NCBI GenBank assembly: GCA_020636005.1
Contig: JACJYR010000006.1
Span: 191,723 to 255,722, forward strand
Length of the DNA stretch: 64,000 bases
DNA from: Lewinellaceae bacterium
GTDB lineage: Bacteria; Bacteroidota; Bacteroidia; Chitinophagales; Saprospiraceae
Direction of reading: 5' to 3'
Shown: positions 62,512 through 64,000 of the stretch, one piece after another
Position numbering within the stretch: position 1 is the stretch's first letter
Layout of the letters: each line of letters starts with the position of its first letter
Notes under the pieces: model-generated
Told to the model about the DNA's origin: nothing
The model's database searches: none
The model's input: the letters and a program-made list of their open reading frames with translations, nothing else
Position numbers and translations under genes: made by a program

Positions 62512-64000
62512 ATGAAATTTCTACTGACATCCATAAGTCTTCTTTTCCTGTTAGGCAGCCTCAATGGTCAAAGCCAAGTGGACAGCCTGAGGCAGCAGTA
62601 CGAACAAGCGGTTGACGGCTCAAGGGACGAAGCGGTTAAATTTCTTGATTTTGTAAAATACCTTTATGAGTCCGACCACCCTGAAGCCCTTGCCTTCGCC
62701 GAAGAACTGATAAAAAAGGCTGCCTCACTGAGGGATACTGCACTTTTACTGACATCCTATAATCTTGAGGGGACTATTCTGACCCGTAAAGGACAGCTTG
62801 ATAGCGCTGCCCTGGTCTTTGCGAAAGCATTGGGCACCGGTGAAATATTTGGGAATACCGCGCTTTTAATCCTGCTCCATCGGGATTTAAGTGCAGTCCA
62901 TTATTTCAAGGGCGACATGAAAAATGCTTTCAAGGATTTGATGCTGGCCGCCAACTTGCTCCAAGACTGCCCAAACTGTCCACCTGCCAGAAGAGCAATT
63001 ATCTATGATGATTTGGCCTGGTACTATCATTTTGCCTCCAACGATAGCGAAAAAGCGCTTTATTGGGCATACAAGACGATGGATTTATCGAAAGGTCAGA
63101 ATATCCAAAATGAGGCAGCATCGAATCTAAGGCTTTGTGAAATATACCTCAAAGCTGGTAATCTTGATTCCGCCACGCAGTATTGCCCCGTAGCCCTTGA
63201 AATGGCTGAAAAAAATGATTTCAAAGTATTAATGGCCTTTGCCAAAGTTTACAATACCAGACTGAGGTTGCGGGAAGGCCATCCCGAACAGGCGCTCTCA
63301 TTGGGGTTGGATGCCATCCAGACCAATGAGGGATTTGGAACTGGCTATGCAAGCACCATCATAGCCGCCTACAACGCCGTTGCCGAAGTATATTTGGAAA
63401 TGGGTGACAACCACAAGGCCCTTGCTTTATTGCAACGGCTGCCTGTAAAAGTCAAAGACAGCGATTTTTCAGCTTTAATCGAGCTAAAGGTTTACCATCG
63501 GTTGCTGGGCCAATTGCTGGAAGACACGGACCCCGCCAAGGCTTTGGCCCACTACCAGCGTGCCAGCGGCATCCAGGACACGCTGCAACAGGAGATGTAC
63601 AACATCGGCCTCGCCGAAATCGAGGTGGAGAGCAGGCTCGCCGAGAAAGCCCTTGAAAACCAACGACTACAGTTTGAAAAGGAAAAGCAGGCTGGGCGGG
63701 CCAAAAATTTTCAGGCCGCCCTCTTTGTCGCAGCCGCCGTGCTCCTCCTGCTCTCCCTCGCCGCCCTTTACATTTACAAAACCGCCCAAAAGAACAAGCG
63801 CCTCGCCGACGAGCTGGCCGCCTCCAACCAGCAACTCGCCACCGCCAATGCCGACCTCGAACTGTTCAGCTACTCCCTCGCCCACGACATCCAGAGCTAC
63901 GTCACCCAGGCGCTCAACTACACCTTCTTTTTGGATGAAAAACCCGGTGCCCTGCCCCCTGAAAAGGAACAGGACTTCATGCAGAAAGCCCGCCGCAGCA
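62512..64000 (+). CDS. TPR-repeat sensor histidine kinase, 3' end beyond the window
   Basis: This frame is not in the ORF track because no stop is reached; I translated it by hand and found no stop from ATG 62512 to the window end. It has a signal peptide (MKFLLTSISLLFLLGSLNGQ), about 350 aa of TPR-like helices, a TM segment (FQAALFVAAAVLLLLSLAALYIY), a coiled coil and the H-box FSYSLAHDIQS. Confidence 0.8.
   Translation, partial: MKFLLTSISLLFLLGSLNGQSQVDSLRQQYEQAVDGSRDEAVKFLDFVKYLYESDHPEALAFAEELIKKAASLRDTALLLTSYNLEGTILTRKGQLDSAALVFAKALGTGEIFGNTALLILLHRDLSAVHYFKGDMKNAFKDLMLAANLLQDCPNCPPARRAIIYDDLAWYYHFASNDSEKALYWAYKTMDLSKGQNIQNEAASNLRLCEIYLKAGNLDSATQYCPVALEMAEKNDFKVLMAFAKVYNTRLRLREGHPEQALSLGLDAIQTNEGFGTGYASTIIAAYNAVAEVYLEMGDNHKALALLQRLPVKVKDSDFSALIELKVYHRLLGQLLEDTDPAKALAHYQRASGIQDTLQQEMYNIGLAEIEVESRLAEKALENQRLQFEKEKQAGRAKNFQAALFVAAAVLLLLSLAALYIYKTAQKNKRLADELAASNQQLATANADLELFSYSLAHDIQSYVTQALNYTFFLDEKPGALPPEKEQDFMQKARRS

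Noticed and set aside
1-64000. tRNA, rRNA, tmRNA, RNase P, SRP RNA, and transposase or integrase genes.
   Set aside because: I scanned the spacers by eye for T-loop (GGTTCGAATCC-like) and other hallmark strings, and the ORF list for DDE or tyrosine-recombinase motifs. I recognised none. A covariance-model scan would be needed to be certain.

Overview
This is a 64-kb chromosomal segment from a gliding, T9SS-bearing member of the Bacteroidota. Genes run at roughly 50% GC and the spacers are AT-rich. The first ~19 kb holds ordinary housekeeping and envelope genes: the 3' part of sucD, a thiolase, the gldG-gldF-gldA gliding ABC transporter, a MORN/YwqK-like lipoprotein, a di-haem cytochrome c peroxidase, a 1255-aa SF1-helicase-like protein with eroded motifs, the split pntAA/pntAB/pntB transhydrogenase, an ECF sigma factor with a PspC-domain gene, and tpiA. 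The rest is dominated by seven very large secreted surface proteins, about 30 kb of coding sequence. Three end in a T9SS type B sorting domain (19560..26780, 42240..45113, 53074..60363). Two end in a type A Por-tail domain (the CotH kinase-like 36056..38518 and the GS-linker/TSP3-repeat protein 38792..42007). Two adjacent ones (45492..48506, 48675..52385) have neither and instead share a short Cys-rich tail, CP[AP]QICLPV[QS]T..N. Between these lie folD, a VTC (polyphosphate polymerase-like) gene, a HlyD-like gene and a membrane-anchored coiled-coil protein. The window ends with a LytTR response regulator, an internally deleted histidine-kinase remnant and a TPR sensor kinase that runs off the 3' edge. 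Five things stand out: the shared non-canonical C-terminal tail; an 8 x 222-bp tandem repeat whose unit-to-unit differences are synonymous; a ~2.8-kb stretch with coding-like GC but no intact ORF (27.8-30.6 kb); two dispersed intergenic repeat families with three copies each, one carrying terminator-like hairpins; and three 150-175-bp imperfect palindromes. I found no rRNA, tRNA, CRISPR array, reverse transcriptase, or intact transposase or integrase. All calls rest on reading the translations and the sequence by eye; no database search was run.
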